Source: a virus (taxonomy: Duplodnaviria; Caudoviricetes). From it: DNA of 64,000 bases. A program made the translations under genes and the position numbers. The stretch lies in the IMG/VR virus record IMGVR_UViG_3300032233_002329, positions 2,427 through 66,426 of that record; one strand, written 5' to 3'. Below the pieces are notes generated by a model, which did no database searches, was not told the origin of the DNA, and worked only from the letters and a program-made list of their open reading frames with translations. Of the stretch, positions 61,513 to 64,000 are shown in pieces (positions within the stretch are counted from its first letter, which is position 1; each line of letters begins with the position of its first letter).

Positions 61513-63288
61513 ATGGCAAACGTAGTACGGATTAAGCGTCGATTAGCCGGGGGTGCCGCAGGTGCTCCCAGCTCTCTCCAAAACGCAGAGTTAGCGTTTA
61601 ACGAGCAGGATTCGATTTGCTACTACGGTGTTGGAACGGGCGGCGCTGGCGGATCGGCCACATCCATCCTTGCGATTGCTGGACCCGGTGCTTATACGAC
61701 ACTCGGCACCGCCCAAACCGTTACAGGAAATAAGACTTTTTCAGGCTCTGTCGTACTCGGCAGCTCCGCAACTGCAACAACTCCAGGGACAGCGGACAAC
61801 AGCACTGCTGTTGCTACCACCGCCTACGTCAAAGCTCAGAGCTACCTGACCGCAAACCAGAGCATCACGGTCTCCGGTGATGCCAGCGGCACGGGCACGA
61901 CCTCCATCTCGCTGACGCTGGGTTCTGTTGGCACCGCCGGCACCTACACCAAAGTCACGACCGACGCTAAGGGTCGTGTCACCACCGGCACCACACTCGC
62001 TGCGACAGACATCCCGACGCTGACCGCCTCGAAGATCAGCGACTTCGACACCCAGGTTCGCACCAGCCGCCTGGATCAAATGGCGGTGCCGACTGCCGAT
62101 GTCAGTCACAACAACACCAAGATCACCAACCTGGCTGATCCTGTTAGCGCCCAAGACGCAGCAACCAAGAACTACGTTGATTCGACGGCCCAGGGCCTCG
62201 ACGTTAAGCAGTCGGTCAAAGCAGCCACCACTGCAAACATCACCCTCAGCGCAGCACAAACAATCGACGGCATCTCGCTGGTTGCCGGTGACCGTTGCCT
62301 GGTCAAGAACCAAACGACCACCAGCCAGAACGGCATCTATGTAGTCGCTGCCGGTGCATGGTCTCGTTCTACAGACCTTGATGCTTGGGCCGAGTTCCCC
62401 GGCGCCTTCACCTTCGTCGAGCAAGGCACAACTCAAGGCGACACCGGCTGGGTTTGCTCCTCCGATCAGGGCGGCACCCTCGGGACCACGGCAGTGACCT
62501 GGGCGCTGTTCTCCAGCCAGGGGAGCTATCTGGCAGGCAACGGCCTGGGCCTTGCAGGTAACACGTTCTCGGTCACCGGCACCGCCAACCGGATCAGCGT
62601 TTCTGGCACTGGCGTTGACATTGCCTCGACCTACGTCGGCCAAAACACGATCACGACCCTTGGCACCGTAGGCACCGGCACCTGGAACGGTTCCGTCATC
62701 GGATCTACCTACGGCGGCACAGGTGTAAACAACGGCTCCAACACGATCACACTCGGCGGCAACCTCACCACCTCCGGTGCCTTCGCCACGACGTTGACCG
62801 TCACCGGCGCAACGTCCGTGACTCTGCCCACCTCGGGCACCCTGGTCAACTCCGCGGTCAGCACCCTGTCGTCGCTGGCGTCAGTCGGCACGATCACAAC
62901 CGGCACCTGGAACGGCTCGGTTATCGGGGCGACCTACGGCGGCACCGGGGTAAACAACGGTTCCAACACCATCACCCTTGGCGGCAACCTCACCACCTCA
63001 GGTGCTTTTGCCACAACGCTGACTGTTACTGGCGCCACCAACGTCACGCTGCCCACCTCCGGCACGTTGGTGAACACGGGAGTCACCACCCTGTCGAGTT
63101 TGGCCTCGATTGGCACCATCACCACTGGTGTATGGAACGGCTCGACTATCGCTGTTGGTAATGGTGGAACAGGCGCAACATCGCTGACGGGCGTTTTGAA
63201 AGGCAACGGAACCTCCGCCTTCACCGCTGCCGTCGATGGCACCGACTTCCTCAGCCCGAACGCAACGATTGATGGGGGCACGTTCTAA
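61513..63288 (+). CDS. tail fibre protein with 75-aa tandem repeats
   Basis: Mtd-N-like start VRIKRR; DAATKNYVD; ATTANITL..RCLVKNQT..NGIY; Thr/Gly-rich; IDGGTF end. Confidence 0.8.
   Translation: MANVVRIKRRLAGGAAGAPSSLQNAELAFNEQDSICYYGVGTGGAGGSATSILAIAGPGAYTTLGTAQTVTGNKTFSGSVVLGSSATATTPGTADNSTAVATTAYVKAQSYLTANQSITVSGDASGTGTTSISLTLGSVGTAGTYTKVTTDAKGRVTTGTTLAATDIPTLTASKISDFDTQVRTSRLDQMAVPTADVSHNNTKITNLADPVSAQDAATKNYVDSTAQGLDVKQSVKAATTANITLSAAQTIDGISLVAGDRCLVKNQTTTSQNGIYVVAAGAWSRSTDLDAWAEFPGAFTFVEQGTTQGDTGWVCSSDQGGTLGTTAVTWALFSSQGSYLAGNGLGLAGNTFSVTGTANRISVSGTGVDIASTYVGQNTITTLGTVGTGTWNGSVIGSTYGGTGVNNGSNTITLGGNLTTSGAFATTLTVTGATSVTLPTSGTLVNSAVSTLSSLASVGTITTGTWNGSVIGATYGGTGVNNGSNTITLGGNLTTSGAFATTLTVTGATNVTLPTSGTLVNTGVTTLSSLASIGTITTGVWNGSTIAVGNGGTGATSLTGVLKGNGTSAFTAAVDGTDFLSPNATIDGGTF
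62674..63141 (+). repeat. 225-nt in-frame tandem repeat (two full copies plus a partial third)
   Basis: Trp codons of the TG(T/V)WNG motif at 62683, 62908 and 63133. Confidence 0.85.
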
Positions 63289-63353
63289 CCCTCATCACCC
63301 CCATACATATGGGGCCTAAACCCGGCTAGATAGCCACACAAACGGGTAGCCAA

Positions 63354-64000
63354 ATGGCAAACACAATAAAGATTCGTAGAAGCGCCACTGCTTCTGCAGT
63401 CCCGACAACGAGTCAGATCGCGTTGGGCGAACTCGCTGTCAACACGAATGACGGAAAGCTGTTCTTGAAGCGCTCGACCACTGGCGCCGAGACCGGAGCT
63501 GGGGTCACCGTCGTAGAAGTCGGGGGAACCACCACAACCGCCACCAACCTGGCAGGCGGCTCGGTCGGAACCCTGCCTTACCAGTCGGGCACTGGCGCAA
63601 CGGCAATGCTCGCGGTCGGCACCGCTGGTCAGGCATTGGTGTCTGCAGGAGCAGCAGCACCGGCCTGGACAACGCTGACGATGGAGAACATTCCAGACGC
63701 AGCATTTAAGAGGTCGGTTCTGGTAGCAACTACCGCGAACATCACACTCAGCGGCACCCAGACAATCGACGGTATTGCGGTCGTTGCGGGCAACCGAGTG
63801 CTGGTCAAAAACCAAAACACAACTGCTAACAACGGCATCTATGTAGTCGCAGCAGGTGCATGGTCCCGCGCAGCAGACGCCGACACCGCCAGTGAAATGG
63901 GAGGTGCGACGGTCAACGTTGACTCGGGCACCACGCAGGGCGGCCAACTCTGGAACACCAGTTTCAAAACTACCGACACGCTCGGTACAACCGCCATGAC
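63354..64000 (+). CDS. paralogous tail fibre protein, 3'-truncated
   Basis: ATG 63354: MANTIKIRRSATASAVP...GELAVNTNDGKLF...ATTANITLSGTQTIDG..RVLVKNQ..NGIYVV; open to the window end. Confidence 0.8.
   Translation, partial: MANTIKIRRSATASAVPTTSQIALGELAVNTNDGKLFLKRSTTGAETGAGVTVVEVGGTTTTATNLAGGSVGTLPYQSGTGATAMLAVGTAGQALVSAGAAAPAWTTLTMENIPDAAFKRSVLVATTANITLSGTQTIDGIAVVAGNRVLVKNQNTTANNGIYVVAAGAWSRAADADTASEMGGATVNVDSGTTQGGQLWNTSFKTTDTLGTTAM

Noticed and set aside
61513-64000. Diversity-generating retroelement targeting the Mtd-like fibres
   Set aside because: No reverse transcriptase and no TR/VR pair with adenine-specific mismatches in the window; the repeats differ mainly at synonymous sites.

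Overview
The window is nearly all of a GC-rich temperate tailed phage genome with a long non-contractile, lambda-type tail. The host is very probably a picocyanobacterium (Cyanobium/Synechococcus type), judged from the cyanobacterial tRNA-Pro(GGG) att core, a cyanobacterial-type AbrB, a group-2-like sigma-70 factor, ThyX and an NblA-like ORF. It begins and ends in tail genes, and attP is intact between the endolysin and the integrase, so this is the free or circular phage, not an integrated prophage. Gene order: lysis (342-2134); attP, int, xis-like (2242-3809); leftward replication block with AbrB, PolA, KilA-N and primase-helicase (3810-10308); rightward early block with regulators, SSB-like, exonuclease, dNMP kinase, ThyX and sigma (10559-17702); a ~950-bp non-coding hub with three promoters and a highly structured candidate RNA (17703-18655); about 28 mostly small early genes (18656-27384); terminase; an HNH-containing moron; a 21-bp repeat array; a DUF1073/MuF/DUF2213/DUF2184-type head module; tail (MTP, frameshifted chaperones, TMP, gpM-L-K-I-J) and fibres. 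Most notable: (1) head-region proteins built from a repeated R-x-D / C-G-x3-I-x5-C / hydrophobic-helix module with variable cargo (zincin, pyrophosphatase-like, Cys mini-domains), a candidate protease-processed virion effector system; (2) a canonical -1 slippery site at the end of the holin-like gene; (3) a ~495-nt structured RNA candidate; (4) an exact 21-bp-period GATC array before the portal; (5) a non-splicing Hint domain on gpJ and a surface-protein repeat inside gpL. All family assignments come from motif recognition by eye; no searches or folding programs were run.
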